Shown here: positions 1 to 8,227 of the stretch, one piece after another
Layout: each line of letters begins with the position of its first letter
Position numbering within the stretch: the first letter of the stretch is position 1
Virus record (IMG/VR): IMGVR_UViG_3300011989_000486
Span: 4,313 to 68,312 of that record
Reading direction: 5' to 3' (one strand)
From: a virus
Lineage: Duplodnaviria; Caudoviricetes
DNA length: 64,000 nucleotides
Program-made: the position numbers and the translations under genes
The notes under the pieces: model-generated
Database searches by the model: none
The model's input: only the letters and a program-made list of their open reading frames with translations
Told to the model about the DNA's origin: nothing

Positions 1-2
1 GC

Positions 3-377
3 GAAGATGCTGTTAGCTGAAGCATCAAGAGTATAAGAAGAAGCACCCGTGTACTTCTTAATGGTATAGTTCATAGTATCGTCTCCAGTTGAAGGGGTGT
101 CAGGCACAGGCGTAACTCCGCCACGAATAAGCTTTTCAAGTTCATCAAGCTTTTTCTGCATGGCAGTAAGCTGCTCAGAAGATAAAGTCCCGTTTTCATC
201 AATGAATCTGGAAACCTTGTCCAGCTTCTCTGAATCAACAGTCCTCACAACCATCTGTTCAACTTTGATAGCTCCGTCTTCAGTTTTCTGAAGCGAACCG
301 TCAGCATTAACCAATGGCTGTCTCCACCAGAAGTCAGCCACGGTAGGGGTCTCATTTACTACCTTGTATTTAGCCAT
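3..377 (-). CDS. Virion/tail-region protein, truncated by window edge
   Basis: Not in ORF track. ATG at 377 just after the stop of 381..1352; open frame MAKYKVVNETPTVADFWWRQP... runs off the window. Confidence 0.75.
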   Translation of the reverse strand, partial: MAKYKVVNETPTVADFWWRQPLVNADGSLQKTEDGAIKVEQMVVRTVDSEKLDKVSRFIDENGTLSSEQLTAMQKKLDELEKLIRGGVTPVPDTPSTGDDTMNYTIKKYTGASSYTLDASANSIF

Positions 378-380
378 TGG

Positions 381-1352
381 TTAAGCTCCTGTCTCAGTAG
401 TAGTGTCAGTGTCAATAGTGGTAGTACTGGTGCCAGTAGTATCTGAACCAGAGGCATCTTTAGCTGCTAAAGCTTCATATCTGGCAAGCAGCTCTTCAAT
501 CTTGGGGAGTTTGGCAGCTACATCATTAATCACAGCAAGGTTGTCTTCTACTGTGTTAATAGCATCTTTGGAATTGGCTACATCGTTAATGTTGCCGATG
601 TTGGTAGCAGCCTGAGCGATGTTGATTAACTCATCATCTGAGAAATTGGCAATGCCTGAGAATAAAGCATATTTGCTTGCATACTCTCCAGCGCCAGAAG
701 CGCCAGCAGGCAAGCAATATCCCAGTGACATCACTGAAGCATTAAGGCACGCTGAAATCTCGTCAGACGTAACACCTGAACCAGAGTCAGAGGAATCCTG
801 TCCTGCAAGCCATTCAGAACCGTTCCAGGTAAACGTAATGCAATAAGTCTTGCCTGCGTCTTTAGGAAGCTCAGGCTCTTTGTTGAGCCAGCGGATCTTG
901 AGATTCTCATTGAATTTAAGCACAGGGTTTCTGTAGCTGTTCTCAAAGAATATCTGGATACGCGTGCCTGCATTAACAGGCTGCATGAGATTAAGCGTCA
1001 CAGTGTCAGATATTCTGAGATAGGCAACACCATAGCTTTCTGGATCAAGCGTAAAGCTTTCGTTTGAGAGCTTCTTGCTAAGGCAGTCAACGCTGATGTT
1101 CTTAAATGCTGCCAGATACTCAGGAGTATTGAAGTCAGTTTTTAAGACTGTTTCTTCATGATGCCCAAGCTTGTCCCCGTACCAAAGCTGGATGCGATTC
1201 TTGTCATCAGGGTTTACCGTCATCTGTGACGGTAATCCACGGAAGTAATTAACCTTAGCAGTCGGGACTCTGCGGAAGGAGAAGTCATAAGCTCCTGTAG
1301 GCTCAATCTCCTTTCCGTCAAGCAGGAGCTGCACGTTATTAGTGTCAGTCAT
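381..1352 (-). CDS. Tail-associated structural protein
   Basis: 323 aa in the tail cluster; beta-rich N-domain (IRWLNKEPELP..YCITFTWNG) plus NINDVA/INTVED/INDVAA repeats like the adjacent fibre. Confidence 0.6.
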   Translation of the reverse strand: MTDTNNVQLLLDGKEIEPTGAYDFSFRRVPTAKVNYFRGLPSQMTVNPDDKNRIQLWYGDKLGHHEETVLKTDFNTPEYLAAFKNISVDCLSKKLSNESFTLDPESYGVAYLRISDTVTLNLMQPVNAGTRIQIFFENSYRNPVLKFNENLKIRWLNKEPELPKDAGKTYCITFTWNGSEWLAGQDSSDSGSGVTSDEISACLNASVMSLGYCLPAGASGAGEYASKYALFSGIANFSDDELINIAQAATNIGNINDVANSKDAINTVEDNLAVINDVAAKLPKIEELLARYEALAAKDASGSDTTGTSTTTIDTDTTTETGA

Positions 1353-1367
1353 TGATTATTCTCCTTG

Positions 1368-3179
1368 TTATTCAGTAGGAGTGTCAGACGCAGGACGATG
1401 CCCAGCGTCATAGTAAATAGCGGTATGAGCCAAATACACCCAGGTCAGGTTATTCATGGTGATTTTGAGCACTGAACCTTTTTTGGCGAAGCCAGTGGTG
1501 TACATGTAGATGTTGTCACCCGTGTTAGAACCAATACCGTCAAAGAACACATCAACACCGTATGACAGGCGGGCATACATCTCAGAATCCTTGCCTGAAG
1601 TAGTGCCGCCTTTGCCCTCAATTACTATCCAGCAGTCTTCAGGCACGGTCCATGTATATACTTCTTCTACAGTTTTAATTTCATGGCGAATGCCAGTGCA
1701 TCTTATATTGGATGCTTCACCAAAGTAAGGGAACCAGCCAGAAGGCAGAATATCCGAGGCTGCTGCGGTGCTTGAACCAGAGGAAGAGCTGCTGGCTGAT
1801 TCCAGAGTCTTTAAGCGTGAATCCAGACCGTTGATGTCGTTTGATCCAGTAGTGATGGTGGCAGTACCTACTATTTTGTCCACTGACGCTTTGGTTGCGT
1901 AGTCACTTAAATCAACAGTGGTTCCAGTGCCTGAACTGATGTCAGTCTTTTTAGCGTAGTCAGCCAGCGTGCCAGTCAGAGCATCATTAGTGACGTAGTT
2001 AGTAAGCTTAGTAGTGATGGTTTTAGTAGTGTCGTAATTAACGAGCTTGGTATTGAGATCTGCCTTGGTTACGTAATTAGTCAGGTCTACCTCAGCAGAT
2101 GAACCACTACCGCTTGAACCGCTGCTAGCGTTGGCTTCCAAATTGGATACACGGGTATTTAAGCCGGTCAGATCTGATTTGTCTTTAATGACATCAGCAG
2201 AACCTTTGAGAGCAGCAATACTCGTATTGGCAGTATCTATCTTCCCCTGTAATTCAGTGTCTTTACTGGTAAGTGTTTCCTGGTTCGCTTTAACCGTGTC
2301 TACTTCAGTTTGAAGCTTAGACACCTGAGTGTTGATAGCGGAAACATCGTCAAAGCCCGTAATAGTAGTGACTTTCTTGATGTCCTCCATATTGGCTGCA
2401 ACGGTATCAATATTAGTAAGGTCATTAGCCACTGTATTGATATTGTCAGCACTGTTAGCCAGCTTAGGGAGATTCTCATTCTCCAGCACTTCCTGCGCTG
2501 CTTTCAGGTTCTTGTTGGCTTCAAGGTAAGTCTCTACATTGGAAGCGCAGACAACCAGCGAAGACAAATAATCAGCTACTTTGCTGATGTCATCTTTGGA
2601 TTCAAGCAGCTTAGGGAAGGTCTCAATATTGGCTGCAAGTTTGGAGATGTTATCCAGGTTCTGAGCCACAGAGCTGATGTCTGAGATATTGTCAGAGTTA
2701 GCATCAATGGCATTGATGTGTGAGTAGATATTCTCTACCTGGTCTGCTTTTTCATTAATCTCAACCAGCCTGCTCAGAGACTCAGCTACAGCTTTCAGTT
2801 CATTGATGTGAATACCTAGCAGCTTTACCGTCTCAATGTTTGAGCCAACGGTATTGATATTGTCATAGGACTTAGCGATCGCTGAGAGCCAGTTGTCACC
2901 GATAAATGAGTTAGGGTCATCTTTAACACCTACCTCACCAAGGTCATGTCCTATGAAAGCTCCTGCTTTCTGCTCAAAGGACTCCAGTTCTGTATTGAGC
3001 TTGTCAAGTACCTGAGCCACTTCCTTGTTGTCTTCAGTAATGCTTGTGGCATTCTTAATAGACTCCAGGTTGTCATGGACTTCTTTTACAGTGAGGTAGG
3101 CTTTGCCGAGTAAACGGTCAATCATGCCCTCGTTGTAGTTATGCCCAAAGGCAGTATTGTTATACATGGTTAAACCCAT
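1368..3179 (-). CDS. Tail fibre / receptor-binding protein
   Basis: 603 aa; NIxTVA/DISxVA heptad-like repeats, DLxxYxTK repeats, Ser/Gly linkers, distinct C-terminal beta domain; N4-like position next to the connector. Confidence 0.7.
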   Translation of the reverse strand: MGLTMYNNTAFGHNYNEGMIDRLLGKAYLTVKEVHDNLESIKNATSITEDNKEVAQVLDKLNTELESFEQKAGAFIGHDLGEVGVKDDPNSFIGDNWLSAIAKSYDNINTVGSNIETVKLLGIHINELKAVAESLSRLVEINEKADQVENIYSHINAIDANSDNISDISSVAQNLDNISKLAANIETFPKLLESKDDISKVADYLSSLVVCASNVETYLEANKNLKAAQEVLENENLPKLANSADNINTVANDLTNIDTVAANMEDIKKVTTITGFDDVSAINTQVSKLQTEVDTVKANQETLTSKDTELQGKIDTANTSIAALKGSADVIKDKSDLTGLNTRVSNLEANASSGSSGSGSSAEVDLTNYVTKADLNTKLVNYDTTKTITTKLTNYVTNDALTGTLADYAKKTDISSGTGTTVDLSDYATKASVDKIVGTATITTGSNDINGLDSRLKTLESASSSSSGSSTAAASDILPSGWFPYFGEASNIRCTGIRHEIKTVEEVYTWTVPEDCWIVIEGKGGTTSGKDSEMYARLSYGVDVFFDGIGSNTGDNIYMYTTGFAKKGSVLKITMNNLTWVYLAHTAIYYDAGHRPASDTPTE

Positions 3180-3880
3180 CCTCCAAGATAGAATTTCCTG
3201 TAAGTCGGAGTGTGTTTCGGTTGGAAAGTCCCAAGCTCATCAAAGGTCTGAATAGCGTTACTGAAGAGCTGGGCATACTTCTGAGCATTAGCTACACTGG
3301 TCTGCCCGTCCATATTGGAATGAGCCATAGAAGCCACATAAAAAGACAAAGGATCCAGCAGCGCAACAGGCAGCTCAATCTCATCTATGTCTTCGCGCAC
3401 AGGCTTATGCCTTGCCTGATAGTCAACCGTAATAATTTGTTCTGGGAAGTGAGAAGGAAGTTCTAAGACGTTGTACTCAGGAGTAAATACTGATAACACA
3501 TCATTAGGATCGTTAAGCGGTATCTCAATGCCGCTGTGGTCTCGAACCAACAGGATCTTAACGATGTCCTCAGTAAAAGACGGGTCTGAATCTTTCCACA
3601 GATACTTGTCATAGCTGGGCTCATGCCAGTTGTCCATGACATGCTCTGAGGTTAATGGGTATTTAGTGCGCCCAAGCTGCGTCTCAAGAAACAGGAAATC
3701 CACCTTGAGCTGGTACTTGTTGTACAGCTCCATTAACCCTGAGTTTATATAATCAATAATCTCTGCACGATACTCAGGACTAAGCTCCCTTGAGGTTACG
3801 TCTTTAGTAACCCCAAGGTTGCGTAAGGTAGTATTAGTAAGCTTGGTGATGAACTGACCTACCTGCATAGGTTGCCTCAA
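3170..3880 (-). CDS. Head-tail connector/adaptor (N4 gp67-like)
   Basis: 236 aa directly downstream of terL as in N4-like phages; IIDYINSGLMELYNKY and ALLDPLSFYVAS adaptor-like segments. Confidence 0.65.
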   Translation of the reverse strand: MRQPMQVGQFITKLTNTTLRNLGVTKDVTSRELSPEYRAEIIDYINSGLMELYNKYQLKVDFLFLETQLGRTKYPLTSEHVMDNWHEPSYDKYLWKDSDPSFTEDIVKILLVRDHSGIEIPLNDPNDVLSVFTPEYNVLELPSHFPEQIITVDYQARHKPVREDIDEIELPVALLDPLSFYVASMAHSNMDGQTSVANAQKYAQLFSNAIQTFDELGTFQPKHTPTYRKFYLGGWV

Positions 3881-5499
3881 GCTAGGTACGATTCAAGCTC
3901 TGTGCTGTCCTCGTACAGTGGAAGATAATCATCATCTGAACCATAGATGGAATCATCTGTCCTACTGGCTTGCGGCGTTTCGGTTACTGATGTAGGTCTA
4001 AAGGTTTTGAAGTAATAGAGCTGGCTAATCGTATCAATAAAATCATCATGATCTTTAAAGCCGTCTCTTGTTGCGGATGAGATTTCTCTCATTCCCTCCA
4101 GCATTATAGCGGAAGTTTTAACTTCTTCTGGAAAATACATTTTTCCTGCTTTGAACCAAGGAACCACTAAGGCAAATCTGGATAATTTGTCAGTAATAGG
4201 TCTGATCCCAGGAACAGAGTTATTAGGGGAAGAAGATGCGAAGTTAAAGTAAATATTCCTGTTATTCATCTCCTGCTTGAGCCACTGGATAAACGCACCT
4301 TGCTGCCCTGTGACCTCAATACCTACCAGTAACGGCGAGTATTCAGAGCATAATCTGAACAGATCATTGATGTTCTTATCCATAGTCTGCTTCTGACAGA
4401 CGCCGTCCACCCAGTACCAGTCACCCTGTTCTGAGTAAGCCCATACGGATATAACCGAGTAATCAGCAGTCTGCTTTGCAGACGTAGCAAAATCAGTAGA
4501 GATGTAAAAGTTATACTTCTCTCTTTCTTTAAGCAAATTCTTGCGTGAATACCACTGGATTTCAGAGTCCTGAATAAGTCTGTTCTCAGCAGTATTGATG
4601 CGCAGCATCAACTCTTGCTGGAAGCCGTCCAGCTTGCCGTTCATGACAGCAGAGTCATACTGTTCTTTTACATACTCATACGGGAACCTGTCTTCCCACA
4701 GACCTTTAAACTCTGCTTTGGTTACGGGGAATCTTTCACAGATGGGATAGGCATTGACTTTCCATGCGCCTGAAGCAATGGCTTCAAGCATAATGTCCTG
4801 CCTGTTAAAGGGAGTGCCGTTGAGAATAATCTTGTAATGGTTTGGGTCCAAGGCATAGTTAATGCCCTTATAGACAATCTCCTTAATCATCGCCATGTCA
4901 GCCAGAGACTTGGCAGAGCTGTCGCTGATTAAGTCATCAAGAATAGCAATACATGGTCTCTTGCCGAACAGCTTAACGCCACGCACACCAGTAGTAGCGC
5001 CAAAGAGTCTGACACCCAGCTTCTTGCCGTTGACATTGGTGAACTCCAGATAGTTGTCAGTAAAGTTCTGAAGTTTGGGCGGTAAATACGTCTGCAAGAA
5101 CTCAGAGTTCTCATAACGGTACTGGATATTCTTACGCAAAGACTTAGCGCCGTTTTCCATAGAGTCCGACACATAAAGCATTCCTGAGACTTCACCGAAC
5201 CCAGGGATCTTGCCCACCATAGCCAAATACAGGATTAAGTACTCACCCATAAGCGTAGTCTTACCTGAGCCACGGGCACAGATATTCACGATACGCTTGG
5301 AGCTACTCACCAGTCCGTCCAGCATCTTCAGATGAAACGGCGGCGTCTTGTTTTCTTCACCTTTGTTGCCGTTGAGCAGCTTGATGAAATTCATTACGCC
5401 CAAGGCAAAAGTCGTAGGTTTGTAGTGATTAAGCGCCTCGTAGTCCAGACTATCTAAATAGTCTTCTAGGACTCTGGGCTTTTGGTTCGGGTTTGACAT
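3877..5499 (-). CDS. terL: Terminase large subunit
   Basis: Walker A ARGSGKT, Walker B ILDD, C-motif GTP, nuclease STDFA and HDDFID. Confidence 0.95.
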   Translation of the reverse strand: MSNPNQKPRVLEDYLDSLDYEALNHYKPTTFALGVMNFIKLLNGNKGEENKTPPFHLKMLDGLVSSSKRIVNICARGSGKTTLMGEYLILYLAMVGKIPGFGEVSGMLYVSDSMENGAKSLRKNIQYRYENSEFLQTYLPPKLQNFTDNYLEFTNVNGKKLGVRLFGATTGVRGVKLFGKRPCIAILDDLISDSSAKSLADMAMIKEIVYKGINYALDPNHYKIILNGTPFNRQDIMLEAIASGAWKVNAYPICERFPVTKAEFKGLWEDRFPYEYVKEQYDSAVMNGKLDGFQQELMLRINTAENRLIQDSEIQWYSRKNLLKEREKYNFYISTDFATSAKQTADYSVISVWAYSEQGDWYWVDGVCQKQTMDKNINDLFRLCSEYSPLLVGIEVTGQQGAFIQWLKQEMNNRNIYFNFASSSPNNSVPGIRPITDKLSRFALVVPWFKAGKMYFPEEVKTSAIMLEGMREISSATRDGFKDHDDFIDTISQLYYFKTFRPTSVTETPQASRTDDSIYGSDDDYLPLYEDSTELESYLA

Positions 5500-6274
5500 T
5501 TACAGGTTCCTTAACAACAGCAGGCATATCCTCAACGACTTCAGCTTCCTGCACGCCTACCAGCTTCTGAGACGCTATCTCCTTAGTAGAAGCTCCTTGC
5601 TGAATAGCAGCCTGTTGCGCAACGGCTAACTCCTGGATCTTGGCAGTAAGGTCATCCAGCCCTGTATACGAATTGATATTGATATTGACCCCAGAGTCAG
5701 TCTTTTCAGGTCTTTGCAGATGAGTAAGCAGCGAATCAGCAGCCATGAACTTGACACGCTCGCTCTTGGCGTTGCGCATCAGCTCTACCTGAGTGTTAAT
5801 GGCTTCCTGATACACATCCTGATTAAGGAGCCAAGCAGGAAGCAGAGCTCTCTCAGTCATCTTCTGCACCAGCTCTCCACGGTTAAATGCAGAGACGTAA
5901 GCAGAGATGTCTTTGCTGGAAGTGCCTTTGGCTAAGAGCTTTGCATGACGCTGCGGGAATGTCAGGAAGTAGGCATCCTGATTGGTTCTGCCCATGATCT
6001 TATAAGACACATAGACACATGCGTTAATGTAATCCTGTGTCTTGTAAGCGCCATTCTTGAGAATGTCAGCGAAGCTCAGGAAGTTCTGGCGTATAAGCTT
6101 AGCTTCTTCTGGTTCATTGCCCAGTGAGTTAATCTCATCCACCAGCTCCTGAGTGATGTTGGCACGGAGGGTTTTAGGAACAGCAGCTTGCACTTCTTCT
6201 ATAGAGAGCGCATTGTCAGTTCCTACTTGCAGTACCCCCTTACTAGGTACTTGATTGGGTAGTGTTTCAGCCAT
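5450..6274 (-). CDS. Putative terminase small subunit (N4 gp69-like)
   Basis: 274 aa immediately upstream of and overlapping terL by 50 nt; N4-like synteny. Confidence 0.65.
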   Translation of the reverse strand: MAETLPNQVPSKGVLQVGTDNALSIEEVQAAVPKTLRANITQELVDEINSLGNEPEEAKLIRQNFLSFADILKNGAYKTQDYINACVYVSYKIMGRTNQDAYFLTFPQRHAKLLAKGTSSKDISAYVSAFNRGELVQKMTERALLPAWLLNQDVYQEAINTQVELMRNAKSERVKFMAADSLLTHLQRPEKTDSGVNININSYTGLDDLTAKIQELAVAQQAAIQQGASTKEIASQKLVGVQEAEVVEDMPAVVKEPVNVKPEPKAQSPRRLFR

Positions 6275-6712
6275 AGTACAGTACTAATATGTGATGTTAC
6301 CCACTTATTATCACTGTAATCTGAAACTTTCCCTTGATTTACGCCAGTACTAGATAGTAAACTGCTACTAATACTTATAGAGGTTACTACATAGTCTTTT
6401 TGGCTCCATAGTATTTCCATAGGTAGTGGTAGATTTAGCCCTGTGCTGCAACTAGTACAGGGCATTTTTATGCCTGCCATCTCTGAACCAAGAGAAGCTC
6501 TCACCTCACATACCCCGCTCACAGTGCATACAGTATGGGGACCCTTATAGGGTTCATGCTGACAAGATAACGCAGTACCTATAGGGGGTTCCCCCGTTTC
6601 CCTCTAAGCCCCCCCCCCTATCAACAGGTTCAATACCATCGCCGCGTGGCTGCTCCTTCGTCGCATCCGCGTGGCGCTAAATAGGTTTAATCATTAAAAA
6701 GGAGAATCTATT
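6275..6712. other. Non-coding strand-switch region, probable genome terminus/terminal-repeat junction
   Basis: Divergent gap between terminase and first early gene; C10 run (6609-6618), GGGGGTTCCCCC and ACCCT-TAT-AGGGT hairpins. Confidence 0.55.
6640..6676 (+). promoter_or_regulatory. Stem-loop element 1, candidate vRNAP early promoter
   Basis: CGCCGCGTGG...CCGCGTGGCG stem, followed by CTAAATAGGTTTAATCAT and AGGAG RBS before gene 6713. Confidence 0.55.
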
Positions 6713-6931
6713 ATGTTAGACCTAACTAGAGAAGCTTTGGTTTCACGCATTGAAGACGTAGCCATTGGTGCTATTGCAAAGCACCAGGCTAAGTTCGTCA
6801 AGAAGATGACGAAGCTGGGAGGGCTGGCTGGTATTAACCAGACAGCTCTGGAGTACAACCAGATGCGTAGCAATATTATTGCTGCGCTGCATGGAGAGCT
6901 CAAGCAGGAAACAACTGAGCTTGAAGACTAA
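6713..6931 (+). CDS. First early protein, unknown function
   Basis: 72 aa, AGGAG RBS, followed by a GTAA-loop terminator. Confidence 0.8.
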   Translation: MLDLTREALVSRIEDVAIGAIAKHQAKFVKKMTKLGGLAGINQTALEYNQMRSNIIAALHGELKQETTELED

Positions 6932-6936
6932 ATAAG

Positions 6937-6958
6937 AAGGGGGCGTAAGCCCCCTTTT
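6937..6958 (+). terminator. Intrinsic terminator
   Basis: AAGGGGGC-GTAA-GCCCCCTT-TT. Confidence 0.85.
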
Positions 6959-6966
6959 AAAATTAG

Positions 6967-7043
6967 TCCAACACGTTTCTCCAACACATTACTCCAACAC
7001 CTGTCCAACACATTTCCAACACTAATCCAACACGGTCCAATAC
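6967..7043 (+). repeat. Tandem array of TCCAACAC x7
   Basis: Copies at 6967, 6980, 6993, 7004, 7015, 7026, 7036 (last TCCAATAC); periods 13,13,11,11,11,10. Confidence 0.95.
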
Positions 7044-7044
7044 A

Positions 7045-7094
7045 CGCCGCGACAGCGCTGGTCCCTACGGGCTTCCCCTCGCGCTGTCGTGGCG
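7045..7094 (+). promoter_or_regulatory. Stem-loop element 2, candidate vRNAP early promoter
   Basis: 14-bp stem CGCCGCGACAGCGC/GCGCTGTCGTGGCG enclosing CCC-TAC-GGG (template strand C-GTA-G triloop); same downstream ATAAATAGAGTTAAACAT..AGGAG as element 1. Confidence 0.6.
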
Positions 7095-7131
7095 ATAAAT
7101 AGAGTTAAACATCATTTATAGGAGAAATACT

Positions 7132-7437
7132 ATGAAGAACTCTGTATTCAGTATGAATCGCGCTATTCGGGCTGCGTTGCAGCAGGACGAGGAAACCTTC
7201 AAGAAGGCTACCTACTGGATGAAAATAGGGGCCTGGATAAAGGGCTCCGCTCGCGAGGAGTTGAGAGACTTCAAACGGGTCAGCAAAGACATTCCGTTAG
7301 ACGAGGAGAACGTGGTCGACATGTTCTTCATTAAGAAAGCAGGAGACCTCGGCCCAGGAGAATGGGCTGAAGTCTATCCCCACATAGTTATCTTTAAAGT
7401 AGGAGCTACTACAGATGTAGCAGAACTTGAAGATTAA
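7132..7437 (+). CDS. Early protein, unknown function
   Basis: 101 aa, AGGAG RBS, terminator follows. Confidence 0.8.
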   Translation: MKNSVFSMNRAIRAALQQDEETFKKATYWMKIGAWIKGSAREELRDFKRVSKDIPLDEENVVDMFFIKKAGDLGPGEWAEVYPHIVIFKVGATTDVAELED

Positions 7438-7442
7438 CAGTT

Positions 7443-7467
7443 AAACCCCTGAGTAATCAGGGGTTTT
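7443..7467 (+). terminator. Intrinsic terminator
   Basis: AAACCCCTGA-GTAA-TCAGGGGTTT-T. Confidence 0.85.
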
Positions 7468-7582
7468 AAATATTTTAGGGATAGTGATAGTGCCCTAAAT
7501 ACACCCTAAAACTTAGCTGGGCTTAATGTAAGTTCAGCTAAGTTCAACTTTTAAATTTAGTTCTGATAACGGTAAAAACAAA

Positions 7583-7816
7583 ATGATTTATAAAGTTCCT
7601 GTCAGCGGAGCTGGCATTGAACATTTCAAAGACCTTGGTTATCTGATATCTGAGGAACGCAGATTTTCAGATAACGAAATTGAGGAGCTTTATGCCTGTG
7701 ATTTAAAAGGGGCAATAAAGCTTCTCAACGAATGGTCATTTGACCACTATTTTATACGTCATGATGACGCAAAAGCCTTTCTGGATTCATATGAACCAGA
7801 CCCAGAATGGATTTAA
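7583..7816 (+). CDS. Early hypothetical protein
   Basis: 77 aa acidic ORF followed by a GAAA-loop terminator (about 7821-7848). Confidence 0.7.
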   Translation: MIYKVPVSGAGIEHFKDLGYLISEERRFSDNEIEELYACDLKGAIKLLNEWSFDHYFIRHDDAKAFLDSYEPDPEWI

Positions 7817-7883
7817 ATCCAAACCCTAGCAGAAATGCTGGGGTTTTTAATTTCACCTCATTAAAGGAACCAAGGAACCAAAT

Positions 7884-8036
7884 ATGAATACATCAACCTT
7901 AGATATCTTTGATTTTATCTCCCCTGTAACTGGAGAGGTAATCAACAACTACAACGACTATGACTCAAATTCAGATGATGAATCTGATTTTGAAGAATTT
8001 CTTGCTGACTTTAACAATAATGAGGAGGAAGAATAA
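7884..8036 (+). CDS. 50-aa highly acidic protein (missing from ORF track)
   Basis: MNTSTLDIFDFISPVTGEVINNYNDYDSNSDDESDFEEFLADFNNNEEEE; AAGGA RBS; TAATG overlap with next gene. Confidence 0.75.
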   Translation: MNTSTLDIFDFISPVTGEVINNYNDYDSNSDDESDFEEFLADFNNNEEEE

Positions 8037-8227
8037 TGACCTCATACATTAACGAGTTATCCAGAAAACTGGGGCTCAATCCCAGAGATATCTTCCGCTA
8101 CAGCGACTGTGACTGGTCGGAAGTTTTCAATAACATTGAACCTGAACTTCAGGACGATGTTATTGAACTTCAGGAGCTCTGTGAAGAGCTCATGGCTGAA
8201 GAAGCCTATGACGAGGAGTTCAAATAA
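8036..8227 (+). CDS. Small acidic protein
   Basis: 63 aa, GAGGAGG RBS, TAATG coupled to RNAP1. Confidence 0.8.
   Translation: MTSYINELSRKLGLNPRDIFRYSDCDWSEVFNNIEPELQDDVIELQELCEELMAEEAYDEEFK

Noticed and set aside
1368-3179. Diversity-generating retroelement targeting the tail fibre
   Set aside because: No reverse transcriptase and no TR/VR repeat pair seen in the window.
6223-6522. 99-aa minus-strand ORF in the terminal region
   Set aside because: No RBS, overlaps the small terminase in another frame, covers regulatory DNA.
6967-7043. TCCAACAC array as a CRISPR or mini-CRISPR array
   Set aside because: Repeats are 8 nt with 2-5 nt spacers and no cas genes; the Cas4-like gene is the standard N4 exonuclease.
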